NCBI GenBank assembly: GCA_041641305.1
Contig: JBEPYN010000001.1
Span: 416,001 to 480,000 of the forward strand
Source of the DNA: Nitrososphaerota archaeon
GTDB lineage: Archaea; Thermoproteota; Nitrososphaeria_A; Caldarchaeales; Caldarchaeaceae
DNA: 64,000 nucleotides
Reading direction: 5' to 3'
Under the pieces are notes generated by a model that saw only the letters and a program-made list of their open reading frames with translations, was not told the DNA's origin and made no database searches. This document shows positions 38,556-49,387 of this stretch, piece after piece (positions within the stretch are counted from its first letter, which is position 1; the number at the start of each line of letters is the position of its first letter). The translations under genes and the position numbers were made by a program.

Positions 38556-40439
38556 GTGGCTGGGTTGAGGAGGCTTCTCGACGAGGTTGGCAAGCTCTTG
38601 CTAGACGCTGGCGTGGAGCAGCCCAGGGTGTCGATGGCGAAGGATGCGAGGTTCGGCGACGTCTCATCCTCGGATGCTTTCGACTTGGCTAAGAAGACGG
38701 GGAAAAAGCCCGTCGATGTAGCGAAGGAAATCGTTAATCGGATAGACTTGTCGAAGGCTGTTTACGTTGATAGGGTTGAGGTGGCGGGTGCCGGTTACAT
38801 CAACTTCCACGCCCGCTGGCCCCGGCTCGCATCAGATATGTTGGCAGAGGCGTGCGAAAAGGGGAGAAGCTATGGCGAAACCAGCATAGGCGGCGGCCAG
38901 TATGTCTTGGTCGAACACACGAGCGTAAACCCTAACAAAGCCCTTCACATAGGACACGCACGCAACGTCTGCCTCGGCGACAGCCTCGCACGGCTGCTGA
39001 AAAAGAATGGGTACCGCGTTGCTGTGGCCAACTACATAGACGACAGCGGTGTGCAGATGGCTGAGCTACTTCTTGCATTCAAGCACCTCGGCTACAGCAT
39101 GGAGCCGCCTATAGGGCAGAAGTTCGACGAATACTGCGGCGGAGTCTACACGGAGGTAAGTAGGCGAATTGAGGCTGACCCGGAGCTTGAGGCTTTGAGG
39201 CGGCGGCTGGCTGCCCAGCTTGAGGACCCCGGGTCGGAGACGTCGCAGCTTAACAGGCAGGTTGTAGACCGTGTCTTGATGGAGCAGCTGAGGACATGCT
39301 GGCGCCTCGGAGCACGGTATGATGTGTTGAACAAGGAGAGCGACATCCTGCTTTTCGACCTGTGGTCGGAGGTTTTCAAACGGCTTAGGGAAAAGGGTGT
39401 GCTCTATGTTGCACAGGATGGGCCTAAGAAAGGCTGCTGGCTATTCGACCTTAGCGGCCACCCGAAGCTGAGCAAAGAAGGCGACGAGGTTGTGGTCAAG
39501 AGCGACGGCTCGACAACATATGTCGCGCGCGACTTTGGGTATGCTGCTTGGAAGCTCGGGCTGTTGGACAAGGACTTCCGCTACAGGCTTCTCACAAAAA
39601 ACCCCGACACCACGCCCGTATACATAACCGACCGCAACGGAGCAGAGACCCACAAATTCGGAAACGCATCCTTCACGATAAACGTTGTTGATGTTCGACA
39701 GAAGAGGCCGCAGGAGATTGTACGCTATGCGCTGGAGAAGCTTGGAGCCGACCCCTCAAGATACATCCACTACGCATACGAGGTTGTTTCGCTCAGCAAA
39801 GCAGACGCCGAGAGGCTCAACCTCAACGTCGGAGAACGTGGATTCGTCCACATGAGCGGCAGAGGCGGAATCTACGTAAACGTCGACCCGCTTCTCGACT
39901 ATGTTAAACAGAAGGCCGCTGAAGGAGCCCGGCAAAGACATCCTGACTGGAGTGAAAGCCATGTCTCCGAAGTCGCTGAAAAAATAGCGGTCGCCGCCAT
40001 AAGATACTTCCTCATACGAGCAGACCCGGATAAGATGATTGTTTTCGACAGCGAAGAAGCCTCAGACATCGAGGGCGACACAGGCCCCTACATTCAGTAT
40101 GCATACGCGAGGGCTACAAGGATAATTGAGAAGGCCGACGCCCAGCCCAACCCCCGCAACCCTCCGTCAACACTTGACGCAAAAGAAATAGCGCTCATCA
40201 AACAAATAGGGATGCTCTCACTCGTCTATGAAGAAGCGGCGAGAAACCTTTCGGTCAAAAGAATAGCCACATACCTGAGGGAGCTCTCCTTTGCCTTCAA
40301 CGATTTTTACGAAAACTGTCCAGTTCTCTCCGCTGAAGAGGATGTCAAGGTTTTCAGGCTGGCGTTGGTAGAGGCGTTCAGGTCGGCTGTTTCCTCGGCA
40401 GCGGACGCCGCTGGTATTCCCCTGCTCGAGGAAATGTAG
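38556..40439 (+). CDS. argS: Arginyl-tRNA synthetase
   Basis: EHTSVNPNKALHIGHARN HIGH motif, MSGRGG, GPYIQYAYAR. Confidence 0.96.
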   Translation: MAGLRRLLDEVGKLLLDAGVEQPRVSMAKDARFGDVSSSDAFDLAKKTGKKPVDVAKEIVNRIDLSKAVYVDRVEVAGAGYINFHARWPRLASDMLAEACEKGRSYGETSIGGGQYVLVEHTSVNPNKALHIGHARNVCLGDSLARLLKKNGYRVAVANYIDDSGVQMAELLLAFKHLGYSMEPPIGQKFDEYCGGVYTEVSRRIEADPELEALRRRLAAQLEDPGSETSQLNRQVVDRVLMEQLRTCWRLGARYDVLNKESDILLFDLWSEVFKRLREKGVLYVAQDGPKKGCWLFDLSGHPKLSKEGDEVVVKSDGSTTYVARDFGYAAWKLGLLDKDFRYRLLTKNPDTTPVYITDRNGAETHKFGNASFTINVVDVRQKRPQEIVRYALEKLGADPSRYIHYAYEVVSLSKADAERLNLNVGERGFVHMSGRGGIYVNVDPLLDYVKQKAAEGARQRHPDWSESHVSEVAEKIAVAAIRYFLIRADPDKMIVFDSEEASDIEGDTGPYIQYAYARATRIIEKADAQPNPRNPPSTLDAKEIALIKQIGMLSLVYEEAARNLSVKRIATYLRELSFAFNDFYENCPVLSAEEDVKVFRLALVEAFRSAVSSAADAAGIPLLEEM

Positions 40440-40525
40440 CAAGAAAATATCCAGACAAAGAACCCTGAATAGTTTGCGGAGTGGTTGTGGAGCCTGCTCG
40501 AGCCATATGTCCGTTCAAGAGCCAG

Positions 40526-41890
40526 TTAAAACACATCCATAGCCCTACCCTGAACAGGCATCTCGGCAACGGGCCTCAAGCCAGAGTTGTTTAGAAGGTG
40601 CTTCATCATCTCAGGCTTATGGGTGTGTACCGGGATAACCTTCCGCGGCCCAATTTCTTCGATTATTTTTAGGAGGTCTTTTTGCGGAGCGTGTCCAGAG
40701 GAGTGTATGTGTTCATAGCGGAGGTTGAGGAGGTTTACCCAGTTATGTATCCGGTCTTCTTCGAGCATCTGCTCCTCCGAATGGGCCTCGCTCGTTGACA
40801 GTATGAAAGGTGAGCCCGCCGCGGGCGCTATGTCGCTCAGCTTGATGATGTCCTCGGCCCTGCTTAAAACGAGCAGATACTTTTTCTGTTCTCGCCTTAT
40901 CTCCTCGTCTCCGACGGTTGGTATTCGGTCTATTAGCTCGGTTTGCCAGCTCGGGTAATCTGTTTTGGAGTATGTGCCTGTGCGTCTCCTCTCGAGGAAG
41001 GCTGCCAGCTTGTCGTCCCTTAGCTCGGGGATGTTCATCCGGGCTCCTCCTGTTTTGAGTGTGGTCAGCAGGTTGGCGTGGTGGAGAGAGATTGCGACGA
41101 CGCGGTCAAAGTCTTCGGCTATGCTCAGAACGCTGTTGAGCCTGTCAAAATCCATCATCGCCACGACTACCGAAACAAGCTTATCACCCGCCTTCGATAA
41201 GACACGGGCCAACTCTTTTTTCACATCACTCTCAGAAGAGACATCTGTTTCATCCAACCGCGTCCCCTCGATGACAAGGGTCTCGACATTCATCTTCACA
41301 CATTTCTCCACAAAGTCATGTGTCATCTCGGCCTTGGGCCCATGCATTCGAAGGTCTCCCGTGTATGCGAGGACTCCTTCACCAGTCTCTATAACAAGGC
41401 CGTAGGCGGCCGGGATGCTGTGGTCCACGTGAACAGGGTGTATTACGACATCCTCGAAAACCAGCCTCGACCCCGTGCGGAAAACTTCTACAGGATGGTT
41501 CTCGTTCTTGTTGAACAGGTTTTCGGGCGACTTCTGCTTGGTTGTCTCCCGTGCTTTTATAAGAAGCCTAGTAGTCTCACCCATGTAGAGAGGTATGTCT
41601 GGACGCAAAAGTGAAGCATGTCCATAGTGGTCAAGGTGACCGTGGGTTATTACGACGGCTTCGGCGAAGGCTGTGCCGTCTTTTTCGTAAAGTCCTTTTA
41701 AAGCGGGTAAGACGCCTGTGGCCACGTAGTCTCTGACGAGGGCGAATCGCCGTGGTTGGAGAAAGGTGCTGAAAAACCTGCTTCTTGTGGTAAAGTCGAC
41801 TCCGAAGTCGAGGAATACACGGCGCCGGCCCTCCAGAAGTATTTTGTTTCCACCTATTTGCCCTGCTCCGCCGTAGACCGTCAGCTTCAA
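40526..41890 (-). CDS. Metallo-beta-lactamase/beta-CASP ribonuclease (RNase J-like)
   Basis: QIGGN, THGHLDH, VDHS, YTGDLR, HSSGHA, IPVHT. Confidence 0.85.
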   Translation of the reverse strand: MKLTVYGGAGQIGGNKILLEGRRRVFLDFGVDFTTRSRFFSTFLQPRRFALVRDYVATGVLPALKGLYEKDGTAFAEAVVITHGHLDHYGHASLLRPDIPLYMGETTRLLIKARETTKQKSPENLFNKNENHPVEVFRTGSRLVFEDVVIHPVHVDHSIPAAYGLVIETGEGVLAYTGDLRMHGPKAEMTHDFVEKCVKMNVETLVIEGTRLDETDVSSESDVKKELARVLSKAGDKLVSVVVAMMDFDRLNSVLSIAEDFDRVVAISLHHANLLTTLKTGGARMNIPELRDDKLAAFLERRRTGTYSKTDYPSWQTELIDRIPTVGDEEIRREQKKYLLVLSRAEDIIKLSDIAPAAGSPFILSTSEAHSEEQMLEEDRIHNWVNLLNLRYEHIHSSGHAPQKDLLKIIEEIGPRKVIPVHTHKPEMMKHLLNNSGLRPVAEMPVQGRAMDVF

Positions 41891-41991
41891 CGGCGGGTAG
41901 ATGCGGCGCTTCCGTAAATTCTTTGCATCAGATATGCCGGTGTTGGTGTTGCGTCTTTAAATAACGGCGTTATACCCACATACCCAGAAAC

Positions 41992-42765
41992 ATGGAGCTG
42001 AAAATCGTCAACCTACACGCCAGCGTAGAAGGCAAACAAATTCTGAAAGGCGTTAACCTTACGGTAAGAGAAGGGGAGATACATAGCTTGATGGGCCCCA
42101 ACGGCTCGGGAAAAAGCACCCTCGCAGCAGTAATCATGGGTCATCCCAAATACACCGTTGACGAAGGAGACATACTTCTCAACGGCGAAAGCATAATCGA
42201 CCTATCCCCCGACCAGCGGGCGCGTAAAGGCCTTTTCCTCGCCTTTCAATACCCTGTCGAGATATCGGGCGTGACTTTGGCTAACTTTCTCCGCAGAGCC
42301 TACATCAACATGAAATATGGCGGCGACGCTGACAAGACGAAAATAAGCGTTCCCGAATTCCAGAAGCTTCTAAAGGAGAAGATTGAGATGCTTAAGCTTG
42401 ACCCTAACATCGCGAGACGCTACCTCAACGAAGGCTTCTCGGGTGGAGAGAAAAAACGCTGCGAAATCCTCCAGATGGCCATCCTCTCCCCCCGTATAGC
42501 TGTCCTCGACGAAACTGATTCCGGCCTCGACATAGACGGTGTTAAGATTGTGGCTGAGGGTGTGAGAACCATATCCGCTGAGACGGGAATGGGTGCTCTT
42601 GTAATCACGCACTACCAGAGAATACTCAACTACTTGAAGCCTGACGTTGTTCACGTGATGTATGGCGGCAGGATTGTTGAGACAGGGGGCTATGAGCTGG
42701 CCCAGCTCCTCGAGGAGAAGGGATACAGCATCATAGAGGAGAAATATGGGCCGGTCAGCGGCTGA
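41992..42765 (+). CDS. sufC: Fe-S assembly ATPase SufC
   Basis: GPNGSGKST, FLAFQYP, NEGFSGGEKKR, LDETDSGLD, ITHYQRIL. Confidence 0.95.
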   Translation: MELKIVNLHASVEGKQILKGVNLTVREGEIHSLMGPNGSGKSTLAAVIMGHPKYTVDEGDILLNGESIIDLSPDQRARKGLFLAFQYPVEISGVTLANFLRRAYINMKYGGDADKTKISVPEFQKLLKEKIEMLKLDPNIARRYLNEGFSGGEKKRCEILQMAILSPRIAVLDETDSGLDIDGVKIVAEGVRTISAETGMGALVITHYQRILNYLKPDVVHVMYGGRIVETGGYELAQLLEEKGYSIIEEKYGPVSG

Positions 42766-43486
42766 TGCTGGGCAGTGATATCCTCGCTCTCACGGCCTTG
42801 TATATCGGTATAGCGACAGCCGACCCCACGACGACCTGGCCGATGTTCAGCGGCACCTCAGCCGCCGGAACGATATCCGGCAAAACCCCCAAAACCACAG
42901 CCAGAGTCTCATACAGGAAGTATCCGGCCACCATGACAAGTCCAGCCAACAGAAGCGACCCCACAAGCCAGGCCTCATGCTCCTTACGCCTAAACACGTA
43001 ATAGGCTGGTACGGCAGAGCCGAGAAGCGCCAAAAGAACCCACGTTCCGGGGTTGACCGCCAACTGGAAACTCTCGCCAGTGTAGAGAGTTATCTCCACT
43101 ATTCCGCTCATCAGTAAGATGCCTACGGAAACGAGAATTCCAAAGTATAGTCCAACAACTATAGCTGATAGGAGTAGAGCGTTTGCGAAAGAAACTTTGC
43201 TCAGCCTCCTAAACAACACAGCAGCAGCAGCTCCCTCGGCTGCTTTTATCAGCAGAGTCCCGGGTGCGAAAGCCGTGTAGCCCAGCAGGACATCCGCCAG
43301 AGCCGAGCCAACTCCCCCAGCGAAGGCGCCGACAACAGGGCCGCCGACTAACGCAGCTAGATAAACCATAGTCTCTCCGAGGTTGAAGTATCCGCGTGTA
43401 AGCGGAAAGTATACGCTGAGAACCATCGTTGCGGCGGCAACCAACGCCGTGAAAACAACGAGCAAAGCAACCTCGGACGATTTCAT
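42755..43486 (-). CDS. ECF transporter S component
   Basis: GYFNLGETMV, GGVGSALADV, APGTLLIK, NIGQ. Confidence 0.85.
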   Translation of the reverse strand: MKSSEVALLVVFTALVAAATMVLSVYFPLTRGYFNLGETMVYLAALVGGPVVGAFAGGVGSALADVLLGYTAFAPGTLLIKAAEGAAAAVLFRRLSKVSFANALLLSAIVVGLYFGILVSVGILLMSGIVEITLYTGESFQLAVNPGTWVLLALLGSAVPAYYVFRRKEHEAWLVGSLLLAGLVMVAGYFLYETLAVVLGVLPDIVPAAEVPLNIGQVVVGSAVAIPIYKAVRARISLPSISR

Positions 43487-43517
43487 GATAAGAGTTCAGC
43501 GTTTCAGGTTATAAATA

Positions 43518-44060
43518 TTATGCGTCATCGCCCAAAACGATTCTGAAGGGGCGAGGGTTTTGGATTACATTCTCAACCTCCCTACGCAGATGATCGATGG
43601 AGATGCCGTGATAGCTTTTTGGAGCGTTGCTTAACGCTTTGAGCGCCCTGCGTAGAATAGACTTGAATCCTTTAACATCATTTTTCTGAAGGTGGACGTA
43701 GGCTGCAGCGGTCAGTATCACTCCATGTAAGATGTCTTTCTCGGGTGGCTTGGATTGTCTCCAGAGGGGTTCAAGAGTTTCATGGGCTTCCCAGAATCTT
43801 TCGCTGTTGAAGAGTGCAACGGCTTTTTCGACCGTATTCGGCGGCGCTGACGCAGTTTTCTCTGTCAACTCAATTATTTCCATAACCTCTTCATCAAGTA
43901 GCTGCGGCCGTGTCTCGCTCAGTATGTCAACCTCTATGTGGTTTGTGGCGACTCTAACGTCCACGACCCTGAGACCCTTTGCACGGAAGGCTTCTTTGAG
44001 GTGTCGGGCATCGGCTGGGCTGTAGCCTCTGTTCCTAACCAGTGCCAGAAACCGCCTCAT
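43518..44060 (-). CDS. DUF309-family protein
   Basis: FNSERFWEAHETLEPLW...AAAYVH. Confidence 0.85.
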   Translation of the reverse strand: MRRFLALVRNRGYSPADARHLKEAFRAKGLRVVDVRVATNHIEVDILSETRPQLLDEEVMEIIELTEKTASAPPNTVEKAVALFNSERFWEAHETLEPLWRQSKPPEKDILHGVILTAAAYVHLQKNDVKGFKSILRRALKALSNAPKSYHGISIDHLRREVENVIQNPRPFRIVLGDDA

Positions 44061-44368
44061 CCCCCCGTGGTCTCCAATACCCATTCCAGATATTTTGTGT
44101 TAACTTTCTCAGGGGCGAGCTCGATGATGGCTGGAACTCGGTAGGGATGCTCCATTTCCAGCACTTTCCGCAGTTCATCAGCTTTTGCTGAGCTTGTTTT
44201 GATGATGAGCAGAGCCTCCTCCACCTGGTTTAGCCGATTTTCCCAGAAGAAGAAGGAATCTACGTGTGCAACGTTTATGCTTGCGGCTAGCCTTCGTGCT
44301 ACGAGGCTTCTACACCATGACACATAGTCTCTATCTCTTGGGTAGGTGACTAGAAACAGGCGCAGCAT
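44057..44368 (-). CDS. cutA: Divalent-cation tolerance protein CutA
   Basis: RLAASIN, SFFFWE, LIIKT, HPYRVPAI. Confidence 0.9.
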   Translation of the reverse strand: MLRLFLVTYPRDRDYVSWCRSLVARRLAASINVAHVDSFFFWENRLNQVEEALLIIKTSSAKADELRKVLEMEHPYRVPAIIELAPEKVNTKYLEWVLETTGG

Positions 44369-44452
44369 AGCATAAAGAGGGCTGGCGGGAATAAAGCGTT
44401 ACTCCATAGGTGAGACTAAAATTATTGCAAATCGCTTGAAGTAGGCAAGGAT

Positions 44453-46366
44453 ATGTTGCCTCTGGCTCCATGGCTGGCATGGGTCATCCCTCTTCTCGGC
44501 AGCCTCCTTGTCCCAGTTTTCTTCAAAGCCGGTAAACGTGTAGGAGAAATTTACTCTGTGGCGGTCGCTTTCCTCGCCGCGGCCTTCAGCCTCTCCATGA
44601 TTCCCGACGTGTATGGCGGAAAATATTCCCAAGTCATAAGAGTGCCATGGATACCGCTTGGCGGGGACAGGTTCATCGAGGCAAGCCTCTTAGTCGACCC
44701 GCTGAGCGTCTTGATGGCCTCAATAGCGACGGGAATAGGCTCTCTCATAGTGTTGTACAGCGTCGGATACATGGCTCATGAGGAAGGCCTTCCACGATAC
44801 TACTTCTACATGCTCTTCTTCATAGGCGGCATGACTCTTCTCGTGATGTCGGAGAACCTGCTGATGCTCTACATAGGCTGGGAAATCGTCGGCCTCTGCA
44901 GCTATGGCCTCATCAGCTTCTACAACAAAAGACCGGAGGCTAACCACGCGGGCATCAAAGCATTCGTCACCACGAGAGTAGGAGACGCGTCGATGCTTGT
45001 AGGCATCCTCATCCTCTTCGCCTTGTTCGGCACCTTCAGCTACAGCGGACTGAGCGAGGAAATAGCCGAGGGCCTGAGAGCGGGTGTTGTCTCGGCTGGC
45101 TTCCTCGTCATACCGTTTCTCCTCCTCTTCGGCGGCGCCGTGGGCAAGTCAGCCCAGTTCCCGCTCCATGTGTGGCTGCCCGACGCGATGGAGGGTCCGA
45201 CACCCGTTTCAGCACTGATCCACGCCGCCACCATGGTCAAAGCCGGTGTATACCTAGTAGCTAGAATGATTTATACGGTGATACCTTTTGAGGAGTTTCC
45301 GCCCGCATTGTTCGCTGACTGGTATCTGGTTGTGGCGACAATCGCAGGTTTCACGGCGTTCTTCGCGGCGACGATGGGCCTCGTTTCGAATGACATCAAG
45401 AGGGTGATTGCGTATTCAACGATAAGCCAGCTAGGCTTGATGCTCGCGGCGCTTGGCATGGGCTCCGAGATAGGGTTGTTCGGGGGAACTTTTCATCTGC
45501 TTAGCCATAGCATCTTCAAGGCCCTTCTTTTCCTCGCCGCTGGAGCGGTTATCCACACGGTTCACACGAACAACCTCGATGAAATGGGTGGGCTGAGGCA
45601 AAAAATGCCCATAACATTCTGGACCTCGACCGTCGGGGTGTTGTCTCTTTCAGGAGTTCCTCTGCTAAGCGGTTTCTGGAGCAAAGACCTCGTCATAGAA
45701 TCCTCTTTGCAGGCCCTCAACATCCCCGTCTACCTCTTCATCACAGGCGCCTCAATACTCACTGTCGCCTACAGCCTCCGCTGGCTCTATAAAGTATTCC
45801 TCGCACCGGCGAGCAACAGCCACCATAATCATGTCCACGAAGCACCAAATGTCATGACAATACCGCTCATCGTACTAGCGGCACTGTCGGTTTTCATAGG
45901 CGTGACTGGCCCATTCTTCGAGGAAGAGTTTCACCACTACCTAGGATTACACGGCGAAATAGGTGTAAGCCTAACCACCTACGCCTCCACAGCGGCTATC
46001 CTCGCCCTTGGCGGGGGTCTCGGCTACCTATACTACCTCGGCGGCGTCAGAGACCCAGCTGCCATTAGGCAATCTGGCTTAGGGGCAACTCTGCACAGAC
46101 TGCTTGAAAACCGCTACTACATAGACGCCTTCTACTACAAAGTGTTCGTCAACGGCCTCGTCGCGCTCGGTTCCATCATCTACCGCTTCATAGAGGTGAA
46201 GGTGATAGACGGCTTCAACTACTTCATCTCACGCGCTACCGTGGCCTTCGTCCAAGTATTCCGCAACATCCAGACAGGCCAAAGCAACATCAACATCAGC
46301 GGCCTCATCCTAGGACTGGCAATTCTACTCATTCTCCTACTCAGGATATTCTTTGGCCTCAGCTAG
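44453..46366 (+). CDS. nuoL: NADH-quinone oxidoreductase subunit L
   Basis: GWEIVGLCSY, GKSAQFPLHVWLPDAMEGPTPVSALIHAATMV, AYSTISQLG. Confidence 0.93.
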   Translation: MLPLAPWLAWVIPLLGSLLVPVFFKAGKRVGEIYSVAVAFLAAAFSLSMIPDVYGGKYSQVIRVPWIPLGGDRFIEASLLVDPLSVLMASIATGIGSLIVLYSVGYMAHEEGLPRYYFYMLFFIGGMTLLVMSENLLMLYIGWEIVGLCSYGLISFYNKRPEANHAGIKAFVTTRVGDASMLVGILILFALFGTFSYSGLSEEIAEGLRAGVVSAGFLVIPFLLLFGGAVGKSAQFPLHVWLPDAMEGPTPVSALIHAATMVKAGVYLVARMIYTVIPFEEFPPALFADWYLVVATIAGFTAFFAATMGLVSNDIKRVIAYSTISQLGLMLAALGMGSEIGLFGGTFHLLSHSIFKALLFLAAGAVIHTVHTNNLDEMGGLRQKMPITFWTSTVGVLSLSGVPLLSGFWSKDLVIESSLQALNIPVYLFITGASILTVAYSLRWLYKVFLAPASNSHHNHVHEAPNVMTIPLIVLAALSVFIGVTGPFFEEEFHHYLGLHGEIGVSLTTYASTAAILALGGGLGYLYYLGGVRDPAAIRQSGLGATLHRLLENRYYIDAFYYKVFVNGLVALGSIIYRFIEVKVIDGFNYFISRATVAFVQVFRNIQTGQSNINISGLILGLAILLILLLRIFFGLS

Positions 46367-47708
46367 AAACCTTGATAACGAAGACACATTTTTTACCGCC
46401 TTTACTACTGCACTCCAGCTCCGAAACCTCAACACCCGTCCTAAACACTGCCTTCGCAGCACCCTTGAGCACGTGTGAAAATGTTTCCATACAGTGGCCC
46501 GGGTTCTCGAAGGCGTCTAATTCACAGCACACAGGGCAGCTCTTCACCTCCATCACATACATAGTTGACGATTTTTTCTTAACATCAGCCTTCAACCCAA
46601 GATGGCGCCTCAATATCTTCTCTAACAACGCCTCAAACGATATGCTCTCTATGTTAGCGTATGCATATGCTGTGAGGCGTGCGTAGAGCTGGCGCAGATA
46701 GCCCAAAGTGTTGTCAAGCTTCATATCTTTATTCATATCGTAGGTAAGGTTGAGATAATCTATAACCGTCTCAGCCAGCTCCTCAAACCCTGCCGTGAAA
46801 ACAACCGCGAGCTTTTGCCCATAGTTCCCCACTTTTTCATGGAGAAATGACTTGTCAACCGGAATAGCTACAAACTTGACGACGCCCAGATCATACAGAA
46901 TCCCGAGGCTCTTTAACACATCGTCAACCTCGTCCCAGAAGGCGTCCGCAACCCAGCTTAGGCTCCAGCCCGAAACCTCTCTCAACAGGAAATAGTGGTT
47001 GATAGATGTTTTACCGGCGTATTTACCTGTGAAAACAACCTTTACCCCTTCACCCGATACAAGCAACTGCCTTATCCTTGCCATCGCAGATTCGGGAGTC
47101 TGCACCTCAGGCCTTATCAACAGTTTACCATCTGTGATGACGTATGAGACTGGCTTGAGGTTGTATCTTTCGTCCGACAGCCTGATAGGTGTAAAGGTTG
47201 TTTCATAGCCGGCTGGCTTTTTCTCGACGTTCAACTCAATAGCTCCATCAACTATTGAGAGCAGCTTTCTCTCAAAATCTGTGAAAGTATGCTTAGGGAT
47301 GATGAAGAACTCAAGATGCCCGTTTCTCCTTATCTCGTCCAACCAGAAATTAATCATCCTCAGGACGTTTTCTTCACCATGTTTTACCAAGATGTCGGGG
47401 AGATAGAGATGTAGGAGAATCATAGGTTGATGCGTTTTCCTTACGGTGTTCACCTGTATGGAGAGAGACTGAAGATTGTCGACCTCTACTTGGAGAACGT
47501 TCCTGCTTTGGGAAGAACCGCGCGGCGAAATTATTTCTATGATAGGCGAGCTCTGGAACAATGTCTGGATGAAATTTCTTCCCTCAGCGAAACTTTCATC
47601 CAGTACAAGGACAGCTGCGCCAGCATTAAACTTCACAATCTCGTCGAACTCTTTGTTACCGGTCTTGAACAGCTCCCCCATGCCGGGGCGCTGCTTTTCA
47701 CCACTCAA
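46359..47708 (-). CDS. Degenerate KaiC/RAD55-like ATPase fused to a C-terminal V4R domain
   Basis: KTGNKEFDEI start and IVDGAIEL (RecA-fold remnants, no Walker A); C-terminal CPVC...C...ELECSSKGGKKCVF. Confidence 0.6.
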   Translation of the reverse strand: MSGEKQRPGMGELFKTGNKEFDEIVKFNAGAAVLVLDESFAEGRNFIQTLFQSSPIIEIISPRGSSQSRNVLQVEVDNLQSLSIQVNTVRKTHQPMILLHLYLPDILVKHGEENVLRMINFWLDEIRRNGHLEFFIIPKHTFTDFERKLLSIVDGAIELNVEKKPAGYETTFTPIRLSDERYNLKPVSYVITDGKLLIRPEVQTPESAMARIRQLLVSGEGVKVVFTGKYAGKTSINHYFLLREVSGWSLSWVADAFWDEVDDVLKSLGILYDLGVVKFVAIPVDKSFLHEKVGNYGQKLAVVFTAGFEELAETVIDYLNLTYDMNKDMKLDNTLGYLRQLYARLTAYAYANIESISFEALLEKILRRHLGLKADVKKKSSTMYVMEVKSCPVCCELDAFENPGHCMETFSHVLKGAAKAVFRTGVEVSELECSSKGGKKCVFVIKVSS

Positions 47709-47874
47709 CTCTCTAGAAGATAGATTAGTCTATCCTTAATAAGTGTGCGGGGCCACGTTAGTGATTCATTGACTGTCACGAGCCGCCTAAAGGGCGTAAT
47801 GCGGAAAAACGTAGACATGGTTGCGGAGGTTTGGCCAAGCTTGCGAGGAGAGGCTTAGCATTATATTGTAGTTT

Positions 47875-49377
47875 TTGGCTGGATGGATGATGCTGCCCGG
47901 TACACAGCTTGATGTTCCGCTTCTATCGCTCGCAGTCTTTCTCCCCATAGCGATGACACCATTTGTGTATCTGGTGGGTAAAGTGGCTTCTTGGAGGGCA
48001 GCCTATGTCTTTTCCTCAGTCGTTCTGTTCATTCCCTTGGTTGTTTTTCTCAGCCTCACGCCCATGGTGTTAAGTGGGCAGGGGTTCTACGAGGAGTATG
48101 AATGGGTGCCGTTTCTCGGCCTCAACGTTGGACTTGTGCTCGACAACCTCAGCTACCCATTCATCCTACTCATAACTCTGGTCGGCTTCCTCGCGACAGT
48201 TTACTCGGGAAAATACATGGAGAAAGAACATGGCTTAACAGCCTACTTCACGCTCTTGACGCTCTTTGTCGGCGGAATGATAGGCGTCGTACTCGTCTCA
48301 AACCTTTTTCTCTTCTACATCTTCTGGGAACTGATGCTCATTCCCTCATACGCGTTGATAGCGTACTGGGGCACGGGTAACCCGAGGCTGATAGGCTTCA
48401 AGTACTTCATATTCACTCACGCGGGCGCGCTCTCTCTGCTTATAGGCATAGCTTGGCTCGCCGCGGTCTTCGGCGACCTAAACATCTTCTCCCTCTCCCA
48501 AAAAGCTCTGCAAGCCTCCGAGACACTTCGCCCTGTTCTCACATCTATAGCCGTGTTGATTTTCATCGGGGCTGCTGTTAAGATGGCTGTTTTCCCCTTC
48601 CACACCTGGCTGCCCGACGCACACGCTGAAGCGCCCACACCGATCAGCGTCCTCCTTAGCGGTGTGATGATCAAAACCGGTGTCTACGCGGTGGCTAGAC
48701 TCGTCCTCGGAATAATGCCTTTCACCATGGTGGACCTCAGGCTGCCCGTGGCCGTTCTGGCTCTCGTAAGCATGGTTTGGGGCGGTGTGATGGCCCTTGT
48801 GCAGACAGATGTTAAGCGGCTGCTCGCCTACAGCAGCATAAGCCAAATAGGATACATAGTTTTCGGGCTTTCTGCGGCAAACCTCGCCGGTGTACAGGGA
48901 GCGCTGTTCCATGTACTCAACCACGGCTTCGCCAAAAGCCTCCTCTTCATGGCCGCCGGTGTCCTCATCCACGAGGTCCATGAGAGAGACATCCGCAAGC
49001 TCGGCGGCCTCAGCTCAAAAATGCCCCTGACAACAATAGCCATGCTCGTCGGCGGCCTCTCGATAGCGGGCACACCCCCATTAGGCGGATTCATGAGCGA
49101 GTGGATGATATTTGCCGGAGGAGTCGAGGCGGGATGGAACATATTCGTGGCGGTTGCGGTATTCGCCACAGCTATCACCGCTGGATACTATCTGAGAATG
49201 ATCAGAGCTGTTTTCTTCGGCGAAGGAGCTGTCGAGGGCAGAGACCCGGGAGCCTTGATGGCTGCGCCCATGTCCCCTCTACTTGCCCTGGTCATCGTGT
49301 TAGGTTTCCTCGCATCACCAATACTCGCTGTAGTAGGCGAAGGAGCAGCGGCCCTAGTGCTAAATGTGCTACCTTAG
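47875..49377 (+). CDS. nuoM: NADH-quinone oxidoreductase subunit M
   Basis: FWELMLIP, FHTWLPDAHAEAPTPIS, KRLLAYSSISQ. Confidence 0.9.
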   Translation: MAGWMMLPGTQLDVPLLSLAVFLPIAMTPFVYLVGKVASWRAAYVFSSVVLFIPLVVFLSLTPMVLSGQGFYEEYEWVPFLGLNVGLVLDNLSYPFILLITLVGFLATVYSGKYMEKEHGLTAYFTLLTLFVGGMIGVVLVSNLFLFYIFWELMLIPSYALIAYWGTGNPRLIGFKYFIFTHAGALSLLIGIAWLAAVFGDLNIFSLSQKALQASETLRPVLTSIAVLIFIGAAVKMAVFPFHTWLPDAHAEAPTPISVLLSGVMIKTGVYAVARLVLGIMPFTMVDLRLPVAVLALVSMVWGGVMALVQTDVKRLLAYSSISQIGYIVFGLSAANLAGVQGALFHVLNHGFAKSLLFMAAGVLIHEVHERDIRKLGGLSSKMPLTTIAMLVGGLSIAGTPPLGGFMSEWMIFAGGVEAGWNIFVAVAVFATAITAGYYLRMIRAVFFGEGAVEGRDPGALMAAPMSPLLALVIVLGFLASPILAVVGEGAAALVLNVLP

Positions 49378-49387
49378 CTAAACTTGG

